From positions 136,844 through 200,843 of IMG/VR virus record IMGVR_UViG_3300024255_001563: a stretch of DNA of 64,000 nt. One strand, 5' to 3'. The stretch is from a virus. Lineage: Duplodnaviria; Caudoviricetes. Every line of letters starts with the position of its first letter. Positions within the stretch are counted from its first letter, which is position 1. Under the pieces are notes generated by a model. That model ran no database searches, was not told the origin of the DNA, and saw only the letters and a list, made by a program, of their open reading frames with translations. Below, piece by piece: positions 30,420-38,900 of this stretch. The position numbers were made by a program, and so were the translations under genes.

Positions 30420-31225
30420 TAATAACTCTCCAAATGATTAATACCTAATTGTGTGCGAAATTCTTCTGTAAATTTGCCGTCAATGCGTAGTGCATAACTA
30501 GGTTCCATTGTCATTTCGCCACCGTGCCAGTCTTGATCATTCCACCAAGCGGCTCTTGTATTTAGATATGTTTTATTCTTCTTTTCCGGATCCCATACAT
30601 AAAACGCTTTTTTAGTGTTAGGTCTAATATGTATAAATTCATTACGATGCGGATATCTTACATCGACACCGTTTTTAGCATCTAAGTCTCTATGTTCAAA
30701 AGGTATTCCTCCTGCTTCAATGCAGAAAAATATGACTCTACCAATATGCTTAAATATACCATTATCGACCATTTGGTTAACCCACTTAACTGCACCTGGA
30801 AAATACGCTGCTTCTGGTGTAGGTTTTCTTTCAGCAGTTCTGTCGTTCCAGTCACCTTCTTCCCAAAGAAAGTAATAAGTGTAAGGATCATATGCACCAA
30901 CTGCCATTTTTAAATAACGTGTAAATAAATTTCTTGTATGATGATCTTTAATGTTATCATACATTTTCATACCTTCTATTTTAATAGGATCGTTGTCGTC
31001 TAATGCCATAAACTTGTCAATAGCATACGGAATAGGTAACCAGTTTAATTTATAGCTACAGTCGTCCCAAGTAAAACCGGGTCGCATCCATGTACCTTCT
31101 TTTGCTAAATCTTTTGCTTCTGCAAATCCTCTTAGTATTTCAGGTTGCAACTTATCAAACGTAGTCATATCTAAAAATGGTTCTAAGTCAAGATATGGCT
31201 TTTTGTCTATACCTTTAAATGACAT
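30419..31225 (-). CDS. Cupin or Asp/Asn hydroxylase-like oxygenase
   Basis: GRVIFF..AGGIPFEHRD..WHGG..YALRID. Confidence 0.6.
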   Translation of the reverse strand: MSFKGIDKKPYLDLEPFLDMTTFDKLQPEILRGFAEAKDLAKEGTWMRPGFTWDDCSYKLNWLPIPYAIDKFMALDDNDPIKIEGMKMYDNIKDHHTRNLFTRYLKMAVGAYDPYTYYFLWEEGDWNDRTAERKPTPEAAYFPGAVKWVNQMVDNGIFKHIGRVIFFCIEAGGIPFEHRDLDAKNGVDVRYPHRNEFIHIRPNTKKAFYVWDPEKKNKTYLNTRAAWWNDQDWHGGEMTMEPSYALRIDGKFTEEFRTQLGINHLESY

Positions 31226-31226
31226 T

Positions 31227-32270
31227 TTATCTCCTATATTTTTCTGGCACTGTGTCGTGCAAAGGCAATCCGTTATTTACTGATGCATCTCTTAGTATTG
31301 CCTGATGAACAAGTGGGCTAATTGGTTTTCCTGGTAAAAAATCTGCCCAAGTCTCTGTTTCCATTTCTTCTAAGTCTATAGTTTTTACATCAGGCCATTG
31401 TATTAGTTTTATAAAAACTCCGTTAATTAAAACAGGATAATGTGCCCTGATGCCTAATTGCGAGTTTGTTTCGTATGTCCAATTATTCTTAACACATAGT
31501 TCTTTTACATAACCTACTAGTTGACTTAGATAAATTTTTTCTTCTTTAGGATTTCTTCCAATGTCTGCACTTACACGTATTCTAAAATGATTGCATATGT
31601 CTTTATTAAAATCTAATATTTCTTTAATGCAATCTTCTGTTTGGAATAAACCTTCTAGAGTAAAACTTACATCTTTTATGTCTAGACCTAAGTCTTTACA
31701 GTTACGCATGCCTTCTTCTTGTTTATGTCTTACAGTGTGACCTTGGTAGTCAGGATGGTTTAACCCTACAGTCCAGCTTACATTATCAAATTCTGTAAAC
31801 TGCTGTGCATATTCTTTTCTTGAAAGATTCACACCGTTTGTTAATATAAAAATATGTCGCGGCTTCATATCAATAGAATTAATTGCTTTTATTATATCAT
31901 ATAAATCTTTTCTTACTGTAGGCTCAGCGCCGGCAAAACAAATATTATATCCATCATCGTCCCAAGACTTTACTTTATCTACATAATATTGCACAGACTC
32001 GTCGATGCTTTTATTATCTGGTATTTGATAACAATGCGGGCATGCTAGATTGCACCTATTTGTAAGTTCTATAAAGTAAGTATCTAGTACACGTCTAGGA
32101 TATTGATAATTTTTGTAAAATTCAGCATTAGGTTCTATCAGGTGCTCGATTTTATCGTGATCCGGACAATGCTTCTCTAGCCAAACTTGTCCGTCACGTT
32201 CTAATTTTATTGCCGGTATGTGTCTATAACAATGTTCGCATAGACTGATAGTGTCAGATATCTTGTTCAT
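31227..32270 (-). CDS. Radical SAM enzyme with an MJ0619/Tes (GDGT-MAS)-type N-terminal metal-binding domain
   Basis: N-terminal TISLCEHC..IPA...GQVWLEKHCPDH; CNLACPHC; FAGAEPT; LTNG. Confidence 0.8.
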   Translation of the reverse strand: MNKISDTISLCEHCYRHIPAIKLERDGQVWLEKHCPDHDKIEHLIEPNAEFYKNYQYPRRVLDTYFIELTNRCNLACPHCYQIPDNKSIDESVQYYVDKVKSWDDDGYNICFAGAEPTVRKDLYDIIKAINSIDMKPRHIFILTNGVNLSRKEYAQQFTEFDNVSWTVGLNHPDYQGHTVRHKQEEGMRNCKDLGLDIKDVSFTLEGLFQTEDCIKEILDFNKDICNHFRIRVSADIGRNPKEEKIYLSQLVGYVKELCVKNNWTYETNSQLGIRAHYPVLINGVFIKLIQWPDVKTIDLEEMETETWADFLPGKPISPLVHQAILRDASVNNGLPLHDTVPEKYRR

Positions 32271-32276
32271 CAATAA

Positions 32277-32291
32277 TATTTATGATAAATT
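32277..32291. promoter_or_regulatory. Divergent late-promoter-like motifs
   Basis: Minus-strand TAAATA at 32277-32282 lies 6 nt before ATG 32270; the plus strand has an imperfect TAAATT at 32286-32291. Confidence 0.4.
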
Positions 32292-32310
32292 ATATTAACG
32301 GCGGACACTT

Positions 32311-32997
32311 ATGAAGTATTACTATTATTACAACGATGTTCCGGGAGAAGGCTTGTCTAGAAATAATCTAATCTATACAAGTTTAATGTCGGAAGATAAC
32401 ACTACATTTGTACAATGGTATCATAATGATACCACGTATCATGCTGGACAAAATCAAGTAATTGATCCTGCACTGATGCAAGAAAAATTTGAAAGAGAAA
32501 TTAAGTATCTAACATTAATGTACAAAAAGTTTCCTCAACATGTTCCGGAAATAAAAGATATTGACTACAACGAAAAGAAAATTTATTTACTTGTAGACGG
32601 AAAAGATTTTTGGAACAGAGCAAACTGTACAACAAAAAATTACGATAGCGTTTTACCTGACTGGCAAGAACAAATTAAAGAAATAGTATCGGCGCACAGA
32701 AGTTTAGGACTATGGAAATACAGTATGCATCCTAGTAGTTTCTTTGTAGTAGGCGAAAAATTAAAAAGTATTAATTACTTCTTTACATACGAAGCAAAAG
32801 AAAGTAATATAAGCATACGCGATGTAGAAAGTCATATTTACAGTACTCGTCAAGAAGAACTTAAAAAATATCTAACTCCATTAGGTATAGATTGGAATAC
32901 CCCGCAGTCTTGGGAAATATTAAACACATTGTGTTGGGAAAGTTTTAGAACTAATTATCCTAACAATTTTATTGAGGATGTTAAATGTATAAATTAG
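32311..32997 (+). CDS. Kinase-like fold protein, probable pseudokinase
   Basis: FEREIKYL..PEIKDIDY..KKIYL; KYSMHPSSFF occupies the HxDxHPxN position; paralog of the 27078 N-domain. Confidence 0.5.
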   Translation: MKYYYYYNDVPGEGLSRNNLIYTSLMSEDNTTFVQWYHNDTTYHAGQNQVIDPALMQEKFEREIKYLTLMYKKFPQHVPEIKDIDYNEKKIYLLVDGKDFWNRANCTTKNYDSVLPDWQEQIKEIVSAHRSLGLWKYSMHPSSFFVVGEKLKSINYFFTYEAKESNISIRDVESHIYSTRQEELKKYLTPLGIDWNTPQSWEILNTLCWESFRTNYPNNFIEDVKCIN

Positions 32998-33548
32998 TAC
33001 CGTTCGATAAAACGCTTGACTTACAAGAGTTTTATAAAGAAGCACAAAAACGAGGCCATTTAAACAACGCCAGTCAGCAAGCAATGGTTGATTGTTTTCG
33101 CAACGAAGAAAAATCTCAAGTATGGATATTATATAAAGACAATCGTGCAATCGGTAGTGTAGCAGCACACACTTTTCCAGAAATGGGACCTAATGCTTAT
33201 AGAATACTAACACGCACTTGTGTGCTTGATGGTGTAATTCCAAACAACGGCAAAGGGCTAGGTACAGGACGTTGGTATATTCAACAGCACCAAAATACTA
33301 CTTGTCAGTTTTATGTTCCAAAAATGATTGAGTGGTGCGGCATTGATAGTAAAATGTATGCTACAAGTAATCAATTAGACGGCGGCAGTCAAAGGAAAGT
33401 ACATAATATCTACTTTCCACTACTTGAAAAACAGGGTGAGTGGGAAAAGTATTCTACTATAGAATACAGAGGGTGTACACAGCAAGTTTGGAAATTTAAT
33501 CCAACTGTGTTTTTAGAAAATTTAAAAAGGTACCCTAAATGGCATTAA
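32985..33548 (+). CDS. GNAT-like protein
   Basis: VWILY..AIGSVAAH..YRILTRTCV..GKGLG pattern. Weak. Confidence 0.4.
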   Translation: MYKLVPFDKTLDLQEFYKEAQKRGHLNNASQQAMVDCFRNEEKSQVWILYKDNRAIGSVAAHTFPEMGPNAYRILTRTCVLDGVIPNNGKGLGTGRWYIQQHQNTTCQFYVPKMIEWCGIDSKMYATSNQLDGGSQRKVHNIYFPLLEKQGEWEKYSTIEYRGCTQQVWKFNPTVFLENLKRYPKWH

Positions 33549-34981
33549 AATTCAAAACATCTCATAACAAGAAAATTGCATGTTGTATTGTAGACAGGCA
33601 CAACGAATTACCATCTACATGGGGAGTATCAATATCAAAAAATATTTCTGATTATATGATACATAGATTTGCTTTGTTTGATTTTGATATCTATATTAGT
33701 ACAGACGAAGACGATTTGTTGCGTACAGTATCTAAAAATGATTTTTATTCTCACGCAGTTGTTGTATCTACAGGTCTTTATTTTGGATTAAGTGATAGAA
33801 TTTTTAATGCTATTGAAGAAAAATGTAAAGAAGATTTTTTTGTAGCAGGACATGTGTTACATAGAGGTTCCGAATCAGGGTTTTTTGCAAATAGTTATTA
33901 TGAGTTACATCATCAGCTATATCTTATAAATTTAAAAGATTATAGAGATATCGGATGTCCGTCTGTAGGACAGCAATCTCTAGACGAAACCCATAAACAA
34001 ATTGAGCCTATTCGAAGTAAGGAATACTTGTTTGATGATCACGAAGTTCCTGTGTGGATAAAACCTGGATCAGTTGAAAAAGAATATAAAGTAAAATTAC
34101 ATGGTTATAATATTATAAGTAAAGGCTTAGAATATGATAAAAAATTTATTGATATAGGTAACAACATTAGAAATAATAAGCAATATTTCTATTATGAATG
34201 GGATCATGTATTTGTAAATCAACTACAGCAAGTTTATTATGATCACTTATTTGTAAACAACTTCTTTGCCAGTTGGAATAGTGATCAGCATAAAACAAAT
34301 TTTAATTTCGAAGGACCTGTTGAGCAATATGTTACAGTAGGTATAGGAGTATACTGGGTTACTAATTTATGCAATTTAGGAATAACAGAAAATACTAAAG
34401 TTATTTTTACTGATATAAACAATAATACATTAGACTTTATGAAAAAGTTAGTCGAAGAATGGGACGGAAATGATTATCATTTATTTTATAAAAATAATCT
34501 TCCTAGACTTCCTGCAGGGTTTGATAAAAACATTGACCAATATATTGATTACACAGAGCAAGAGTGGAATAAGTTTAAAGAACAATACCCAAATTGGTTA
34601 AAACTTTGGAACAAAGTTAAAAACTTAGAGTTTGATTATATTCTAATAGATTATATGGCAAAGTATGATTTAAACTGGCTCGATAATTCTAAAAAGACGT
34701 TTATAAATATAAGTGATGTATTCACACATAGTCCATATACACCTACACAAAGTTTTAAATATCGGGTAGGTTGCGAAAATAGATTAATTAAAAATCTTCA
34801 ACAGTTTAATCCAGATATACATTTACACATGACATCGCGAGCAACTGACGGGTTTGATGATTCGAAACGTATTATGAGCGGTCCTGTTAAGTCGTTTAGT
34901 TTGTCTAACATTAATGATCTATTGCAGCCAACTTGGCATTCAACTACAGACGAATGGCGTGTTCTTAGACCTCTTGTCTAA
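33539..34981 (+). CDS. Hypothetical protein (possible GT-like N-domain and Rossmann/methyltransferase-like C-domain)
   Basis: 480-aa ORF; VIFTDIN and FINISDVF are only suggestive. Confidence 0.5.
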   Translation: MALKFKTSHNKKIACCIVDRHNELPSTWGVSISKNISDYMIHRFALFDFDIYISTDEDDLLRTVSKNDFYSHAVVVSTGLYFGLSDRIFNAIEEKCKEDFFVAGHVLHRGSESGFFANSYYELHHQLYLINLKDYRDIGCPSVGQQSLDETHKQIEPIRSKEYLFDDHEVPVWIKPGSVEKEYKVKLHGYNIISKGLEYDKKFIDIGNNIRNNKQYFYYEWDHVFVNQLQQVYYDHLFVNNFFASWNSDQHKTNFNFEGPVEQYVTVGIGVYWVTNLCNLGITENTKVIFTDINNNTLDFMKKLVEEWDGNDYHLFYKNNLPRLPAGFDKNIDQYIDYTEQEWNKFKEQYPNWLKLWNKVKNLEFDYILIDYMAKYDLNWLDNSKKTFINISDVFTHSPYTPTQSFKYRVGCENRLIKNLQQFNPDIHLHMTSRATDGFDDSKRIMSGPVKSFSLSNINDLLQPTWHSTTDEWRVLRPLV

Positions 34982-35634
34982 ACTCTTATTTCGTGAGTTT
35001 CGTAATGTCCTGTGGTTCCTGTTAATAATGCAGCAGTGTTAATAGCTTCTTTCCATTCATTAGTACTGTCGTGTCTAGCAACAATTAAATGATATCTATC
35101 TTCGTCGCTATGATTATATACAGCATGTTCGTAACTAATGTTCATTGCATAGACTCCACCAGGCTCCATATAAAAAGTTTGCCCATCTCCCCAATGCCAT
35201 AAACATTCCTTTGGATTATTTAACGGTATATTAATATTTTCTAATATTTTGTAATTAGTATCGCTGTGTAATCCAATGAACCCACCAGCTTCGACAAGCA
35301 TAAGTCTTACTCTGCCAAATCTATTACTAGGAAATTTATTCTGTAGCCAATTAATAATTGTCGGACATTCTGTAGCCGCCTTTGTCCAAACAAAATCTTT
35401 TGCGGCTTCGACAGCATTAGTATAACCGTAATCTTGCCAACTTTCGTGACGGTCTTCTGATAATCCGTACAGTGCTAAACTTTTCCAACCTGCATGAGTT
35501 TCGTCATCTCTATGGCTAGTAAACCTATTCTTAAGAGCAACAGCTTCTTTATGCATTTTCTCGTACGGAACAGGTATATCTAGTTTCAAATATTTTGCTT
35601 CTGAAAAATAATAATCTTTATATAAATGTTGCAT
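34978..35634 (-). CDS. Asp/Asn beta-hydroxylase-like Fe(II)/2OG dioxygenase
   Basis: GRVRLMLVEAGGFIGLHSD..NIPL..EHAVYN.SDEDRYHLIV. Start placed at ATG 35634. Confidence 0.78.
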   Translation of the reverse strand: MQHLYKDYYFSEAKYLKLDIPVPYEKMHKEAVALKNRFTSHRDDETHAGWKSLALYGLSEDRHESWQDYGYTNAVEAAKDFVWTKAATECPTIINWLQNKFPSNRFGRVRLMLVEAGGFIGLHSDTNYKILENINIPLNNPKECLWHWGDGQTFYMEPGGVYAMNISYEHAVYNHSDEDRYHLIVARHDSTNEWKEAINTAALLTGTTGHYETHEIRV

Positions 35635-36697
35635 CTGGTAACTTAAAGTTGTTAATCTCAGCAGTTCGAACAAAATCTGTAATTTCTTCAACATATTTTT
35701 GTGCATATTCTTTTTGAAAATAAGGTTGATATGCGCAGTCCTGTAACGTTGAATAGTCATGTTGTACTCGATGACATAGACGATCTTTAATGTCGCCTAG
35801 TCGTCTGTGTAGTGTAATAGAGTTATCAAACAGTAAAAAGTCACCGTCGTTTTTATACCAGTGATCGTATTGATATTTCTCTACAAACAGACCTTTATTA
35901 ATTTCGTCAAATACTTTATTGCTATCTTCTTTGCTCAGTCCTTTAATTCTATGCACAGTATTAATTGAATAATGTAATCCTTTAATGCCACCGGGACTTT
36001 GAATAACCATCGGTATTTCAACATCGTCTTCTGGACACATATTAGCATGCATAACTTCGTCTTGTTCCATCCGTAGTCCAGGATTAATTTTCCCCGGTGT
36101 AAATCTATGCATAAGAATCATTTCGTCTAGTTCGCTTCTAAAACTTTCAGAAACATTTTCATAATAGTCAGTAGTAGTTAAGAACCCAGTAGAACTGCCT
36201 ACAGTATTTTCGCTTGCAAGTAACGCAACACCAGGAGTAAAGGTAAGTGTACCACTTTCGTTTGAATGCCAAAGCAGCTCGCCTTCTGCAAACATGCCTA
36301 AAGGATTTCCGTTTTCGTCACGCTTACCAGTAACCCGCATTACATTTTTCCCGTCAACGCTTGTTTCTTGCATACGTGCAATATTAGTTAAACGTACTTT
36401 ATCAATATCGTCAACTGACGAATCATTAGCAAAAGCCATTCTAATAACTTGACTAAATGTTTTACCTGGATATTTTTTAAGGATGTTATAGCGAATGTTA
36501 TAACGTGTGTCGCCCCACTTAGTACACCAGTCGGACTGATCTTCCCACTTTAAGTTACAATCTCTAATGATAGTAACAAGATTTTGCATATGAATTTTTC
36601 CAATTTCGAGCCATTCTTCATCTGTTAAATTCTCAAAATTAACGCCGTCAATGAACACTCCGTAGTTTCCAAGGCCTGGAATTTTTGATATTTTCAT
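35618..36697 (-). CDS. TauD/TfdA-family dioxygenase
   Basis: LVTIIRD, WHSNES, STGFLT, HWYKNDGDFLLFDN..TLHRR. Start placed at MKISK (36697) after GGAGA. Confidence 0.8.
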   Translation of the reverse strand: MKISKIPGLGNYGVFIDGVNFENLTDEEWLEIGKIHMQNLVTIIRDCNLKWEDQSDWCTKWGDTRYNIRYNILKKYPGKTFSQVIRMAFANDSSVDDIDKVRLTNIARMQETSVDGKNVMRVTGKRDENGNPLGMFAEGELLWHSNESGTLTFTPGVALLASENTVGSSTGFLTTTDYYENVSESFRSELDEMILMHRFTPGKINPGLRMEQDEVMHANMCPEDDVEIPMVIQSPGGIKGLHYSINTVHRIKGLSKEDSNKVFDEINKGLFVEKYQYDHWYKNDGDFLLFDNSITLHRRLGDIKDRLCHRVQHDYSTLQDCAYQPYFQKEYAQKYVEEITDFVRTAEINNFKLPDATFI

Positions 36698-36728
36698 TTT
36701 ATCTCCATTCATTATAAGTCATTCTATA

Positions 36729-36746
36729 TATTTATTAAGGTAAATA
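36729..36746. promoter_or_regulatory. Back-to-back TAAATA late-promoter-like motifs
   Basis: Minus-strand TAAATA at 36729-36734; plus-strand TAAATA at 36741-36746, 5 nt before ATG 36752. Confidence 0.55.
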
Positions 36747-36751
36747 TTTGT

Positions 36752-37618
36752 ATGGACAATCTTGAAATTTATCAACGTAACAAATATCAAATTGCATATA
36801 GACTTTTACTTGTATTCGGTATGATAGGTGCTGGAGCATTCGTTTTTTATAGCATACTTTTAGATTTTTCTAACCAATGGTATTGGTTAATTATTGCGTT
36901 AGTTTATGCAATAACTGTAGAAGAAACTTTTGCACATAGAATATGTGCTCATAATGTTTTTAAAATAAACACTAAATCTTGGACATATAAAACTTTAACA
37001 TGGTTGAATAGTGTAAATCAGTCACACGGGCCTGTAAGATATCTCTGTATGTGGCACCCTGCACATCATATGTATTCTGATCAAGGGAAAGCAGATAATG
37101 TAAACTGGAAAGAATTCTGGTACGGTTCTGCAAGTACATTACCTTTAGAATTTTTATGTGACTTCCAAATACCTAAGCCAGAAAAAGTTATTGATAACGG
37201 ATACAGACAGTGCTCTAATATTATCGATGATCCTTTTACAAGATTTTGCGAAAAGTATTCTTTAATAATTAGTACATGCACTATAGCAGTTCTTATTTTA
37301 GTTGCACCTATAATATTATTTAACGTAATATTTTTAGGAAGATTTATTATGATGTTAGGAATGATGGCAGCTGGAATAGCACATTTAAAAGACTTTCCTT
37401 TAACTTACCGCTTAAAAGATACCAATGACGATTCTAACAACAATTTAATATTACATTATTTGTTCTTAGGAGTGTTCAGTGGCTTACTACAAAATAATCA
37501 TCACAGTTCGCCTAAAGCAATAAATTTAGGTTTTAAATGGTGGGAAGTTGACACTAGCGCACCAATAGCATATATCCTTAAATTTTTAATGGAAGACCGA
37601 CAACCTTCAAACGCATAA
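36752..37618 (+). CDS. Membrane fatty-acid (delta-9-like) desaturase family protein
   Basis: Hydrophobic helices; His boxes HRICAH, HPAHH..SD and QNNHH; terminal KWWEVD. Confidence 0.8.
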   Translation: MDNLEIYQRNKYQIAYRLLLVFGMIGAGAFVFYSILLDFSNQWYWLIIALVYAITVEETFAHRICAHNVFKINTKSWTYKTLTWLNSVNQSHGPVRYLCMWHPAHHMYSDQGKADNVNWKEFWYGSASTLPLEFLCDFQIPKPEKVIDNGYRQCSNIIDDPFTRFCEKYSLIISTCTIAVLILVAPIILFNVIFLGRFIMMLGMMAAGIAHLKDFPLTYRLKDTNDDSNNNLILHYLFLGVFSGLLQNNHHSSPKAINLGFKWWEVDTSAPIAYILKFLMEDRQPSNA

Positions 37619-37645
37619 ATACAATATAAAATTTGGAGTACTCAT

Positions 37646-38569
37646 ATGAAACTTTTAGACACTATTAAAAAACTAATTTATCTTGCACCATGCAGATGCG
37701 GCAGAACTTATTATCATTGTAATATTCAACCTTCAGCTGATAATATAAAATTAACATTTACACCAACTAACAAATATCTTTTTATTGATCCTAGAAGAGA
37801 AGATGAAGAATTTATGCCTGAAAGATTTCATGCATTTGAAAAGGCAGAACATATTGGTATTGCTATAGGTCAAATAGAATTTTTCTTAAAAAGCAAAGGA
37901 ATCGAGTACAGTGTCGACGGAGATTCAGTTGTTGAGTTAGTAATTAATAGTGCTAATATAGATTCAAATGACGATCTAAGCGTATATGCAACACACAAAC
38001 ATGCACATCGAAGCTTTGACATGGATCAAAAAGTTGATGCTAATACACTAGATGTTCTTGAAAACAAGATTGATACATTCCTTAGTTCTTATAACGGACA
38101 TAAAATACTTGTAGACGATCCTGCTGTTGTTAAAAAATTAAGAGCGTTAGCAGTATATTGGGAGTCTTCGGGCGATATGTGCGACGGTGCACCACAAATG
38201 AAAGCTCCACTAATACTAAGTGTTCCTCCAAAAGAATACGATTTAATACATTATTTACATATGGGTAGATTATATGCTGATATTGCTCTTACAGCAATTA
38301 GTGCAGGTTACCAATTTGCATACAGCAATACATTTAATTATCCTGATCCAAGAGTAAAAAGAGTACAAGAACATTTATTTCTCGACTACGATGCATACAC
38401 AGTCGATACAGTTGTACCTAGATCTTTCATGTGTATAGGCAAAGCATTAGATCCTAATAAGCCATATAACTGGGTAGCAGAAGAAAACATATATAACGAC
38501 GACATTCAACCTAGTTGCATACTTGTAACTAAAGAATTTGTACAAGTTAAGGAACTTGAGGTTGTTTGA
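37646..38569 (+). CDS. Nitroreductase-like flavoprotein, tentative
   Basis: HRSFD..KVD..TL and MGRLYADIALTAISAGYQFAY resemble the nitroreductase RRS.R.F and ..L.A...G... segments. TAAATA at 37616-37621 lies upstream. Confidence 0.45.
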   Translation: MKLLDTIKKLIYLAPCRCGRTYYHCNIQPSADNIKLTFTPTNKYLFIDPRREDEEFMPERFHAFEKAEHIGIAIGQIEFFLKSKGIEYSVDGDSVVELVINSANIDSNDDLSVYATHKHAHRSFDMDQKVDANTLDVLENKIDTFLSSYNGHKILVDDPAVVKKLRALAVYWESSGDMCDGAPQMKAPLILSVPPKEYDLIHYLHMGRLYADIALTAISAGYQFAYSNTFNYPDPRVKRVQEHLFLDYDAYTVDTVVPRSFMCIGKALDPNKPYNWVAEENIYNDDIQPSCILVTKEFVQVKELEVV

Positions 38570-38894
38570 AGTAAAAGTTAAATTTCAACGGAACTCTACT
38601 GATCAACGTTGGTGGCACAGTGACGAAGATATTTTTGATTACATCCAAGAAGAATATGTTGACACAGGAAAAATTTTAGAGCAATCGATTATAATATCAG
38701 AAGATATGTATAAAAAGGAACATACTATTGTTTTTGATTGCGAAGAGTCTTTTAACGAATGGCTTACTGACGAAGTCTTAGTGTACGAAAGACAACGTAT
38801 GCGCAGATATCATAATATAAGTAGGATAGCACATTCTATAAACGCTTATGATGTAAAAGTTACGAAAGACTTGTATTCAGTATACGAGCATTAA
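38538..38894 (+). CDS. Hypothetical protein
   Basis: About 110-118 aa acidic ORF; the true start may be a downstream TTG near the upstream stop. Confidence 0.6.
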   Translation: MYKLRNLRLFEVKVKFQRNSTDQRWWHSDEDIFDYIQEEYVDTGKILEQSIIISEDMYKKEHTIVFDCEESFNEWLTDEVLVYERQRMRRYHNISRIAHSINAYDVKVTKDLYSVYEH

Positions 38895-38900
38895 TATACA

